Source: Nemertoderma westbladi
Lineage: Eukaryota > Animalia > Xenacoelomorpha
Reading direction: 5' to 3'
Length of the DNA stretch: 64,000 nucleotides
Assembly: GCA_032718475.1 (NCBI GenBank)
Contig: JAUCBJ010006570.1
Location: forward strand, 1-64,000
The notes under the pieces were generated by a model, which worked only from the letters and a program-made list of their open reading frames with translations, was not told the DNA's origin and searched no databases. The translations under genes were made by a program, and so were the position numbers. This document shows, piece by piece, positions 48,570-60,300 of the stretch; position 1 is the first letter of the stretch, and the number at the start of each line of letters is the position of its first letter.

Positions 48570-49100
48570 ACTCCCCTCCCCTACCCCCTATGCTCTACTT
48601 CCCTCTCCCTGCCCCCTATACTCTCCTTGCCCCACTAACCTCCTCACCCCTACCCCCTCTACTCCCCTACCCCCTCTACTCCCCTCTTCCTGCCCCCATC
48701 TACTCCTCTACCCCCGCTAACCTCCTCACCCCTACCCCCTCTACTCCCCTGCCCCTCTACTACTCCCCTACCCCCTCTACTCCCCTCTTCCTGCCCCCTA
48801 TACTCTCCTTGCCCCACTAACCTCCTCACCCCTACCCCCTCTACTCCCCTACCCCCTCTACTCCCCTACCCCCTCTACTCCCCTGCCCCCTCTACTACTC
48901 CCCTACCCCCTCTACTCCCCTCTTCCTGCCCCCATCTACTCCTCTACCCCCGCTAACCGTCTCTCTCCTACCCTCTCTGCTCTATTCCCCTCACCCCTAC
49001 CCCCTCTACTCCCCTCTTCCTGCCCCCATCTACTCCTCTACCCCCGCTAACCGCCTCTCCCCTACCCCCTCTGCTCTATTCCCCTCTCCCCACCCCCTCC
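48570..49100. repeat. C-rich low-complexity tract (CCCCT/CCCCTA)
   Basis: Directly visible; G-run-rich on the minus strand. Confidence 0.9.
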
Positions 49101-49257
49101 TTATTTTTTCGCTTTTATCTCCAACCACTAACTATATCATACTAACTCTATATACACAACACCACGCATCTCATAATTCAACTATTAAAATATTAACGAG
49201 TTGCATTTATTTCGTTAGTTATTTTGTGTAATGTACATGTAAACCTTTCTTGTTACT

Positions 49258-49572
49258 GTGGGGCGAGCCACGCAGTCAAGGCGAGCCTTAGCGCACAATT
49301 ATAATTAGTAAATAGGGCAAAATTTCATGTCCGTCTGTTTGTCTATCTGTCGTATATAATGAAAAATTCATTCGTAAATAACTTTTGAAGATTTTAACTA
49401 TTTTCAACCAAATTTGTATGGGCATGCTAGAGAAAAAGTTTCAATATTTTTTAAAGTTACGGGCAATACCTCTCGAACGTTTGACTCCAGATAAAATCGA
49501 ACTTGTTTCGAACTTGCTCAAGTTAGCGTGCTGCGCGACGCCCCACGAACGTGTAATCATACAGTGCTAGTT
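49258..49572 (+). mobile_element. Helentron/DINE-like short element
   Basis: GTGGGGCGAGCCACG...GAGCCTTAGCG, GTCY microsatellite, CGTGCTGCGCGACGCCCCAC...CTAGTT. Confidence 0.6.
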
Positions 49573-50190
49573 CTGATAATGTTTTTATATTATATTTTTT
49601 TTTTATAATAATTTTTTTAATTGTTTGTGTAATGCATTTGTATATATTAAAATGTAATACTATTGTGGAAATATATCATTGATATTGAAATGATGATAAA
49701 AATCAAAGAATCTGATTTAAGTAAAAAAATATTGGTTTAAATAAAAATAATCTGATTTTTTATCAACACTGGTATTTATGCATTGAGGAAGCTCAGCAAT
49801 ATAGGTTTACAAAATAAACAACAGTCTTAACGCTCAATAGTGCCCTTTTTTCACACAATTTTGAAGGCAATTTTGTTACATTATTTCAACTTATTGACGT
49901 TCTGAATGCTAAATAATTAGCTTTAATATTGTAATGTTTAGGAATATTAATGAAATTCATATATCCTTCTTAGATGCAGTAAATAATCTTACACTTACTA
50001 CCATACAATGGCTATAGTCATTGGAGATTACTCAATTTCTGAGTTAGTGATTTACTTTGCTGCATTAGAATGTAAAAAATATATTGAAATAAAAAATCAC
50101 ACACAGTATACTTGCTATTATTCGCCTACCGCGGATTAGGCCTACTGTTTATTGATAACAGTGTAAGCTCTTGCTCTTAATTGAGTGATC

Positions 50191-50465
50191 GGCCCATGTG
50201 AAGAATACCAGACTTTCTGCCGTTATATTTTGACTTTGCAGTTACCCCCATGTGAAGAATACCAGGTTTTCACCAAAACCACAGGTCACAGAAGGGCTGA
50301 ATCTAACCAAAACAATAAACGAATTAGTATATGTACAGGTTATAAGACAGAAATAAGCGCTATAAAACACTTAATAAAGATAAATTAAAAAAAAAAATCT
50401 TCATATATAAAATTCCAATAAAAAGTCGACCGAAAAGTGAAATCCTGGTATTCTTCACATGGGCG
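50191..50465 (+). mobile_element. MITE, copy 1
   Basis: TIR GCCCATGTGAAGAATACCAG; 8-bp TSD GAGTGATC. Confidence 0.85.
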
Positions 50466-50977
50466 GAGTGATCAGATCACCACCTCAACATCTGGAAAAA
50501 TTTGGGATCTGAAAATTTGGAATCATATTTTACGCTAAAAAATAAAAAGAAATACTTTTAGTAAAAAGAAGTGCATCGCCTCAAGTAAAAACGTATGAGT
50601 TTTTCATGGGTAAAACGTCAATACAATAGGCAGTTTTTGTTATCGACGTACTCCAAATTAATATAAAGTTTTTATTACACAAAAACTCCATTAAGTTTGA
50701 TATATTATTATAAATTATTCCACACTATTTAACTTGTAACTTATAATACAATTATATAAATACTGAAAGTTATTTGTTATAAATTGTGAGAAGATTGAAG
50801 GTTCGGCTCAATTAAAGATAATGAGCACAAAATTACAACAGTAAATATGGGTGAACAAGAACAAACCATCCAAAACTCTAGTAAATAATAAAAGCAAAAG
50901 GAAAGGTTGGATAAAAAGGGGAATGAGATATTCGTTACGTCGGTCGGGGTTTGGCTATAACAGATGGAACTCGCTGA

Positions 50978-51607
50978 GGTCGGTATGAGCAGGGAGGGTT
51001 CCTAGAACGGCTGTGGTCGGTATGAGCAGGGAGGGTTCCTAGAACGGCTGTGGTCGGTATGAGCAGGGAGGGTTCCTAGAACGGCTGTGGTCGGTATGAG
51101 CAGGGAGGGCTCCTAGAACGGCTGTGGTCGGTATGAGCAGGGAGGGCTCCTAGAACGGCTGTGGTCGGTATGAGCAGGGAGGGCTCCTAGAACGGCTGTG
51201 GTCGGTATGAGCAGGGAGGGCTCCTAGAACGGCTGTGGTCGGTATGAGCAGGGAGGGTTCCTAGAACGGCTGTGGTCGGTATGAGCAGGGAGGGTTCCTA
51301 GAACGGCTGTGGTCGGTATGAGCAGGGAGGGTTCCTAGAACGGCTGTGGTCGGTATGAGCAGGGAGGGTTCCTAGAACGGCTGTGGTCGGTATGAGCAGG
51401 GAGGGTTCCTAGAACGGCTGTGGTCGGTATGAGCAGGGAGGGTTCCTAGAACGGCTGTGGTCGGTATGAGCAGGGAGGGCTCCTAGAACTACTGTGGTCG
51501 GTATGAGCAGGGAGGGTTCCTAGAACGGCTGTGGTCGGTATGAGCAGGGAGGGTTCCTAGAACTACTGAGGTCGGCATGAGCAGGCAGGGTTCCTAGAAC
51601 GGCTGTG
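50978..51607. repeat. 37-bp minisatellite, ~17 copies
   Basis: GGTCGGTATGAGCAGGGAGGGTTCCTAGAACGGCTGT; near-identical units, no spacers. Confidence 0.95.
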
Positions 51608-51705
51608 GCATTGCCACGCACAACGGCCATCGATATACATCGATGCTGCCCTTGGTTCTTCCACCATCGATGCGATCCGACCAATGCACTGATCGCCCGA
51701 AGGAT

Positions 51706-52407
51706 CGCCCATGTGAAGAATACCAGAATTTCACTTTTCGGTCGACATTTTATTGGAATTTTATATATGAAGATTTTTTATTTTTTTTAATTTATCTTTA
51801 TTAAGTGTTTTATAGCGATTGTTTCTGTCTTATAACCTGTAGATATACTAATTCGTTTATTGTTTTGGTTAATTCAGCCCTTCTGTAACCTTTGTTTTTG
51901 GTGAAAACCTGGTATTCTTCACATGGGGGTAACTGCAAAGTGAAATATAACGGCATAAAGTCTGGTATTCTTCACATTGGGGTAACTGCAAAGTGAAATA
52001 TAACGGCATAAAGTCTGGTATTCTTCACATGGGGGTAACTGCAAAGTGAAATATAACGGCATAAAGTCTGGTATTCTTCACATTGGGGTAACTGCAAAGT
52101 GAAATATAACGGCATAAAGTCTGGTATTCTTCACATGGGGGTAACTGCAAAGTGAAATATAACGGCATAAAGTCTGGTATTCTTCACATGGGGGTAACTG
52201 CAAAGTGAAATATAACGGCATAAAGTCTGGTATTCTTCACATGGGGTAACTGCAAAGTGAAATATAACGGCATAAAGTCTGGTATTCTTCACATGGGGGT
52301 AACTGCAAAGTGAAATATAACGGCATAAAGTCTGGTATTCTTCACATGGGTAACTGCAAAGTGAAATATAACGGCAGAAAGTCTGGTATTCTTCACATGC
52401 ATGGGCC
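51706..52407 (-). mobile_element. Same MITE, copy 2, inverted, with a ~52-bp subterminal unit amplified about 9 times
   Basis: Reverse complement of 50191-50465; 8-bp TSD CGAAGGAT. Confidence 0.85.
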
Positions 52408-53319
52408 CGAAGGATCCTTGTACATTCACAGTCAATGGTGGTAAAGTTGCGATTGTGCTGCAGGTCAGTTTACTTATTATTTACCTTTAAAATTTCGGCA
52501 TTGGAAAATACAGCTCCAGCAGAGATTGAACTTGTGTTCGCGCTTTTGTAACTTTCACAATTTTCTAACAAACAATTTTAATAATCGCAGAATTCTCACT
52601 AAGTTTGCCGGTCGTTTAACATCAAAATCTAAATCAAACTAGCGCGGCATATGACCCTAAAGGAGTCTGAAATATATTGGCAGGCTTAGATAGGCCGCAT
52701 GTGCATCAGTCGATTGATTCTCGCAATATAATTCCTAACAGCAATCTGGACCTACATGGAATGTATTAACAGTTCGGTTGGGATGTCATGCTCCAGATCC
52801 AGATATATGTCTATATATATCTGTATGTCTAACGGCAATTACAAATAACACTACAGTATGAAAGATCATAGTCTGCATGTCCTTTACGGACATGGGTTGT
52901 TAACTCTGACTAAGATAGCAGTCAGAATAATAACTGACTTAGACAATTTTGGTCATGAATAACGAAGATACTAAGGCGCTCACACGTGTTGGGGCTACAA
53001 AATAATATACAGCTAATACACGCCACCTTTTGTGAACCAGAAAATGCTACTCGACCCTCAATCTCAAAGCTTACCTCAATTGATGCAAATAGCAATCAGT
53101 TCAGAATACTAATCTTAATGGGTACGAATATTTCTCCCCTGTCCATCTGAATTTTTAACCCACGAGCCGAAAATTAGTATTTTATATGCTAAGATATTAT
53201 TCTGTAATTTTACGAAATATTTTATCACAATATGTGGTGCCTTTGTTTATAGTTACATAATACTGTATTTACTTATTTTCGACATAAATACAGTTAGTTA
53301 AATGTACTACTAAACTTAA

Positions 53320-53464
53320 CTATGATCGGCATACTGCAATGCAGCTGCATTATATATATATTACATATATTATTAAGAATTCTGTGCCGTCTTATCGACA
53401 AAATTGCGCCGCAAAGTGAGACACATCCAATGTTATATAGTGTCTGGTTGGAGATGTGTGCATT
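53320..53464 (-). mobile_element. RTE-A 3'-end remnant
   Basis: Matches 20595-20665 and 20885-20930 (NAHISNQTLYNIG) with an internal deletion. Confidence 0.75.
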
Positions 53465-53466
53465 AT

Positions 53467-56400
53467 CAGTGCGCCTCTCCCCTATGTTCTCCTTCACGAA
53501 GGCAGTGTGCCTGTCCCTGTTCTCCTTCACGAACGCAGTGTGCCTGTCCCTATGTTATCTTTCACGAAGGCAGTGTGCCTGTCCCTGTGTTCTCCTTCAC
53601 GAGGGCAGTGTGCCTGTCCCTATGTTCTCCTTCACGAGGGCAGTGTGCCTGTCCCTATGTTCTCCTTCACGAAGGCAGTGTGCCTGTCCCTGTTCTCCTT
53701 CACGAACGCAGTGTGCCTGTCCCTATGTTATCTTTCACGAAGGCAGTGTGCCTGTCCCTGTGTTCTCCTTCACGAGGGCAGTGTGCCTGTCCCTATGTTC
53801 TCCTTCACGAGGGCAGTGTGCCTGTCCCTATGTTCTCCTTCACGAAGGCAGTGTGCCTGTCCCTGTTCTCCTTCACGAACGCAGTGTGCCTGTCCCTATG
53901 TTATCTTTCACGAAGGCAGTGTGCCGGTCCTTGTGTTCTCCTTTACGAAGGCAGTGGGCATGTCCCTCTGTTATCTTTCACGAAGGCAGTGTGCCTGTCC
54001 CTATGTTCTCCTTCACGAAGGCAGTGTGCATGTCCCTATATTATCTTTCACGAAGGCAGTGTGCCTGTCCCTATGTAATCTTTCACGAAGGCAGTGGGCA
54101 TGTCCCTTTGTTATCTTTCACGAAGGCAGTGTGCCTGTCCCTATGTTCTCCTTCACGAAGGCAGTGTGCCTGTCCCTATGTTCTCCTTCACGAAGGCAGT
54201 GTGCCTGTCCCCTATGTTCTCCTTCACGAGGGCAGTGTGCCTCTCCCCTATGTTATCTTTCACGAAGGCAGTGTGCCTGTCCCTATGTTATCTTTCACGA
54301 AGGCAGTGTGCCTGTCCCTGTGTTCTCCTTAACGGGGGCAGTGTGCCTCTCCCCTATGTAATCTTTCACGAAGGCAGTGTGCCTCTCCCCTATGTTATCT
54401 TTCACGAAGGCAGTGTGCCTGTCCCTATGTTATCTTTCACGAAGGCAGTGTGCCTGTCCCTGTGTTCTCCTTAACGGGGGCAGTGTGCCTCTCCCCTATG
54501 TTATCTTTCACGAAGGCAGTGTGCCTGTCCCTGTGTTCTCCTTAACGGGGGCAGTGTGCCTCTCCCCTATGTTATCTTTCACGAAGACAGTGTGCCTGCC
54601 CCTATGTTATCTTTCACGAGGGCAGTGTGCCTGTCCCTATGTTCTCCTTAACGAGGGCAGTGTGCCTGTCCCTATGTTCTCCTTCACGAAGGCAGTGTGC
54701 CTGTCCATATGTTCTCCTTCACGAAGGCAGTGTGCCTGTCCCTATGTTCTCCTTCACGAAGGCAGTGTGCCTGTCCCTATGTTATCTTTCACGAAGGCAG
54801 TGTGCCTGTCCCTGTGTTCTCCTTAACGGGGGCAGTGTGCCTCTCCCCTATGTTATCTTTCACGAAGGCAGTGTGCCTGTCCCTATGTTATCTTTCACGA
54901 AGGCAGTGTGCCTGTCCCTGTTCTCCTTCACGAACGCAGTGTGCCTGTCCCTATGTTCTCCTTCACGAAGGCAGTGTGCCTGTCCCTATGTTCTCCTTCA
55001 CGAAGGCAGTGTGCCTGTCCCCTATGTTCTCCTTCACGAGGGCAGTGTGCCTCTCCCCTATGTTATCTTTCACGAAGGCAGTGTGCCTGTCCCTATGTTA
55101 TCTTTCACGAAGGCAGTGTGCCTGTCCCTGTGTTCTCCTTAACGGGGGCAGTGTGCCTCTCCCCTATGTAATCTTTCACGAAGGCAGTGTGCCTCTCCCC
55201 TATGTTATCTTTCACGAAGGCAGTGTGCCTGTCCCTATGTTATCTTTCACGAAGGCAGTGTGCCTGTCCCTGTGTTCTCCTTAACGGGGGCAGTGTGCCT
55301 CTCCCCTATGTTATCTTTCACGAAGGCAGTGTGCCTGTCCCTGTGTTCTCCTTAACGGGGGCAGTGTGCCTCTCCCCTATGTTATCTTTCACGAAGACAG
55401 TGTGCCTGCCCCTATGTTATCTTTCACGAGGGCAGTGTGCCTGTCCCTATGTTCTCCTTAACGAGGGCAGTGTGCCTGTCCCTATGTTCTCCTTCACGAA
55501 GGCAGTGTGCCTGTCCATATGTTCTCCTTCACGAAGGCAGTGTGCCTGTCCCTATGTTCTCCTTCACGAAGGCAGTGTGCCTGTCCCTATGTTATCTTTC
55601 ACGAAGGCAGTGTGCCTGTCCCTGTGTTCTCCTTAACGGGGGCAGTGTGCCTCTCCCCTATGTTATCTTTCACGAAGGCAGTGTGCCTGTCCCTATGTTA
55701 TCTTTCACGAAGGCAGTGTGCCTGTCCCTGTTCTCCTTCACGAACGCAGTGTGCCTGTCCCTATGTTATCTTTCACGAAGGCAGTGTGCCTGTCCCTGTG
55801 TTCTCCTTCACGAAGGCAGTGTGCCTGTCCCTATATTCTCCTTCAAGAAGGCAGTGTGCCTTTCCCCTATGTTCTCTTTCTCAAAGGCAGTGTGCCTGTC
55901 CCTATGTTCTCCTTCACGAAGGCAGTGTGCCTGTCCCTATGTTCTCCTTCACGAAGGCAGTGTGCCTGTCCCTATGTTATCTTTCACTAAGGCACTGTGC
56001 CTGTCCCTGTGTTCTCCTTCACGAGGGCAGTGTGCCTCGCCCCTATGTTCTCCTTAACGAGGACAGTGTGCCTGTCCCTGTGTTCTCCTTAACGAGGGCA
56101 GTGTGCCTCTCCCCTATGTTCTCCTTCACGAAGGCAGTGTGCCTGTCCCAATGTTATCTTTCACGAAGGCAGTGTGCCTGTCCCTGTGTTCTCCTTAACG
56201 AGGGTAGTGTGCCTCTCCCCTATGTTCTCCTTCACGAAGACAGTGTGCCTCTCCCCTATGTTCTCCTTCACGAGGGCAGTGTGCCTCTCCCCTATGTTCT
56301 CCTTCACGAAGACAGTGTGCCTCTCCCCTATGTTCTCCTTCACGAGGGCAGTGTGCCTGTCCCTATGTTATCTTTCACGAAGGCAGTGTGCCTCGCCCCT

Positions 56401-57297
56401 ATGTTCTCCTTCACGAAGACAGTGTGCCTCTCCCCTATGTTCTCCTTCACGAGGGCAGTGTGCCTCGCCCCTATGTTCTCCTTCACGAAGACAGTGTGCC
56501 TCTCCCCTATGTTCTCCTTCACGAAGGCAGTGTGCCTCTCCCCTATGTTCTCCTTCACGAAGACAGTGTGCCTCTCCCCTATGTTCTCCTTCACGAAGGC
56601 AGTGTGCCTCTCCCCTATGTTCTCCTTCACGAAGGCAGTGTGCCTGTCCTTATGTTATCTTTCACGAAGGCAGTGTGCCTCGCCCCTATGTTCTCCTTCA
56701 CGAAGACAGTGTGCCTCTCCCCTATGTTCTCCTTCACGAGGGCAGTGTGCCTCGCCCCTATGTTCTCCTTCACGAAGACAGTGTGCCTCTCCCCTATGTT
56801 CTCCTTCACGAAGGCAGTGTGCCTCTCCCCTATGTTCTCCTTCACGAAGGCAGTGTGCCTGTCCCTATATTCTCCTTCACGAAGGCAGTGTGCCTGTCCC
56901 TGTGTTCTCCTTAACGAGGGTAGTGTGCCTCGCCCCTATGTTCTCCTTAACGAGGGCAGTGTGCCTGTCCCTATGTTATCTTTCACGAAGGCAGTGTGCC
57001 TGTCCCTGTGTTCTCCTTAACGAGGGCAGTGTGCCTCTCCCCTATGTTCTCCTTCACGAAGGCAGTGTGCCTGTCCCTATGTTATCTTTCACGAAGGCAG
57101 TGTGCCTGTCCCTGTGTTCTCCTTAACGGGGGCAGTGTGCCTCTCCCCTATGTTATCTTTCACGACAGGCAGTGTGCCTGTCCCTATGTTATCTTTCACG
57201 AAGGCAGTGTGCCTGTCCCTGTGTTCTCCTTAACGGGGGCAGTGTGCCTCTCCCCTATGTTCTCCTTCACGAAGGCAGTGTGCCTGTCCCTATATTC
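53467..57297. repeat. 35-bp satellite (33-36 bp variants), ~110 copies
   Basis: CAGTGTGCCTGTCCCTATGTTCTCCTTCACGAAGG; contains an 810-bp duplication. Confidence 0.95.
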
Positions 57298-57304
57298 ATT
57301 GGAG

Positions 57305-60300
57305 TGTTCTAAGTAGATTAAAGAAAATTTCGACTCAATAGGCCTACCGGTACCAGCGATATGGTCATCCAAAGTCTGCGTCCGGTAATTCGAAATTATT
57401 TCGAAAACCCTTGATCGAATTTTTTTCTTGAAAAAATGTGAATGTACAGTTAGTGGACCCGCATCTAACGATATATCATAATCCATGTTTCGGATGACAG
57501 GTACCGGTGAAATCAGACTTTACCGAAAAAAAATTCAAATTTTAGCTACTCATGTCTGACTATCTCGAAAACTATAACAGGTATGGAAATACTTTCACTG
57601 CAAGAAATGTTCACCTATCTGTAAAAGCTTTTGCGGGATGTAACTGGCCCTTTTTCTCCGCAATCCAGTTTTCCCTCAATGCGCTCAAATACTCTAAAAC
57701 TGCCTTGCTCGAGTGATGCATTCTGCTGGCTGATTGGCCGATTTGCTGTACGTATGGCCTCTTTGTTCTGTTCGATTAACCAATCAGAACAATGATCGAC
57801 CAATCAGAGCGATTTAGCCTTGTGTTGGCTGAGGGGTTGCAAAGGCTAGGGAGGTTTGGCATTTAGACGTTCGTGGAACCTATAGAATCCGGAGTTCTGC
57901 CAATGAGAGCTATTTCTCTTTGTGTTGAAAGCTGCCTACAACAGCCCACAGGTTTCAGTGTGTTGGTTTTCCTGATGCCATGAACATCGGCTATGGAATT
58001 ATTCTGTAAAAGCTTTTGTGGGATAACTGATACGTTTGCCTTTGCTGGCCAGTTCCCCCCCCGGCGCTGGAATACTCTAAAAAGGTTTTCTAGCTGTATA
58101 TATATTCCCCTCACCCGCAAGGTACCTTTACAGGTGTTTTAACGGACATAAAAATCATTCTGCTATATACGTGTTTTAGCGGACATGGTAAGACAAAAAC
58201 TTGTAATGCACAAACCACCTTTCACAGCTTAGCCGTGATGATTCATATTACGACATCTAGCAGCTGGTTGCTGACATGGGAACAGCCATTGGCAGCGTGG
58301 TTCTTTGTTTGGCTTGGGCCAATCAGGGCGGTTTTTCCTGTCGACGTGTAGCTTTCCTGGAAATCATGGAGAGTGTTACCTTCTGACGGGAGAGAGAGAG
58401 AGAGTTGTCACTTTTGTTATTGCTGTCTAAGCCAGAAACACCGGCATTTTTTGGATAGATACTGCTGTACCGTGAACTGCAGAACTGCTTGAATTATCGA
58501 AAGTATAAACTGTTACCGCATCAAACTAATCTCACGAATCGAATATCACCTAACTCATTAATCATATTGTTTGTACTGTTATTTTACCGTCAGTTATTAA
58601 TTGTAAATATTTGTTGATGGAAATATTGCTATTTGGATAATACGGATAAATCACCCAATTCCCAATTTTCTTGATAACACTACAGGTTAGAGAGACCGGC
58701 TATATATAACAATTGCGATTTATATTAATGTGGTGTGTATTGAATCCAATGTTATTTAGCAGACCCTACGCGAGTCAATTACTGCTCTCTTTATGTGTGA
58801 TCAAATGTACTGACTGTCGGCAGAATAGTGTGTATGATTGTGATTGGTAACAAAGTATTTCCTAAAGAATACGTTTTATACTTTAATCAGCAGCAGTATC
58901 GTTGCGTTTAGTATAAGTCTTAGTTCTGTTTAAATAGGTAAAGCGCCACGTCCTAAAGGAACTGTTAATATTTCCCGAAAGCCAATAATATCTGTCAGAG
59001 ATTAATTATTAACGATCTATCGAATAATACATTAGGTATACACTGCAACCTTACACTGTAATAATACAATTCAAGCATCCGAATTCAGTCTCCCGGGTGT
59101 AGATCCATCGGGTGAATGATCGCGCATGGGCTGACTTCGGCTAATGTTTTGCGTATTAGCATAAATTATTGTCGTATGCTAAAGTGGTTTTAATTAACGA
59201 AAAGACATATAAATTTTGGCAGGTTAAACTGCTAAAGGTCTTCGAAAGCGCGAACAGTAACAGTTTAAGTTCTTATTGCAGTGTAGGTATTAAATACAGT
59301 TTAATACTGTTCTGACGAACAGTAACGGTTTACAATCTTATTGCAGTAGGCAATAGGGTTGCAAAATACCGTAGTGACTGGTAAAACTGAACCGGTACTT
59401 TGTAGGTCAGTAGGCCTAACTGTCATCACCGGTACCGGTACTGCTGTACAAGTACATTAGTATTATTCGATTTTGATTGTTGTATACCGGTAGGTCTTGG
59501 TACTTAATCAGGGAACGGCCGCCCTGATTTTTTATTTGAGATTCTACTTATTTCTGTTGGTTTTATTTACTAGTAGGCTAATATTGAGCAGAAGGCGTGT
59601 GACCCTGCTCAGATTGTTCAGATAATTGTAGGCTGAGCTGCTGTCTGACTGTGGTTGGGTTTGGAGAGATTACGGCGTGTGTAGAGTTTGTCTGATAAAG
59701 TGCCGTTAGTAAGTTGGGGCAGTCAACACTGTAAGGTCAATCCCCTCTTAAAGAGTAAGTCGTACTACCGTGTTAGCACGCATACTAACTAACAGTTTCA
59801 GAGTCTGCATATACTGTAGTTTATTTAGGCTTGATCGTAGTCTGCCAGTGTTTTAGCCTGTGTTTGTTTGTGTGGTCTGTTCAGGTACCGTAATAGTTAT
59901 TACTCAAATATTTTGTAGGCTGGATTGTTGTCTAGCTATTTTTGGGTCTGAAGGGATTGCTGCGTGTGTAGAGTGGGTCTGATCAAGCGCCGTTAGTAAG
60001 TTGGGGCAGTCAACACTGTAAGGTCAATCCCCTCTTAAAGAGTAAGTCGTACTACCGTGTTAGCACGCATACTAACTAACATTTTCAGAATCTGCACATA
60101 CAGTAGTTTGTTTAGGCTTGATAGTAGTCCGCCAGCGTTTGGTTTGTATTTGTTTGAGTATTCTGTACGGGTAGCGTAATATTTATTATTCAGAGTTTAT
60201 GCGATTATTCGCAACATTCATGTCCCCAAGTTTATTCCTACAGTAATTGTGCTTGTTATACATACCGTTATAGTTAAACTAACCCCGGTACTACATCAGG

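Noticed and set aside
50978-51607. CRISPR-like 37-bp repeat
   Set aside because: Units are contiguous with no unique spacers, no cas genes are present, and the context is eukaryotic.
50191-52407. One 2.2-kb element with ~275-bp TIRs
   Set aside because: Each half has its own distinct 8-bp TSD, so these are two independent insertions.
53322-57316. Many long ORFs, up to 539 aa
   Set aside because: Translations of a stop-poor satellite in several frames.
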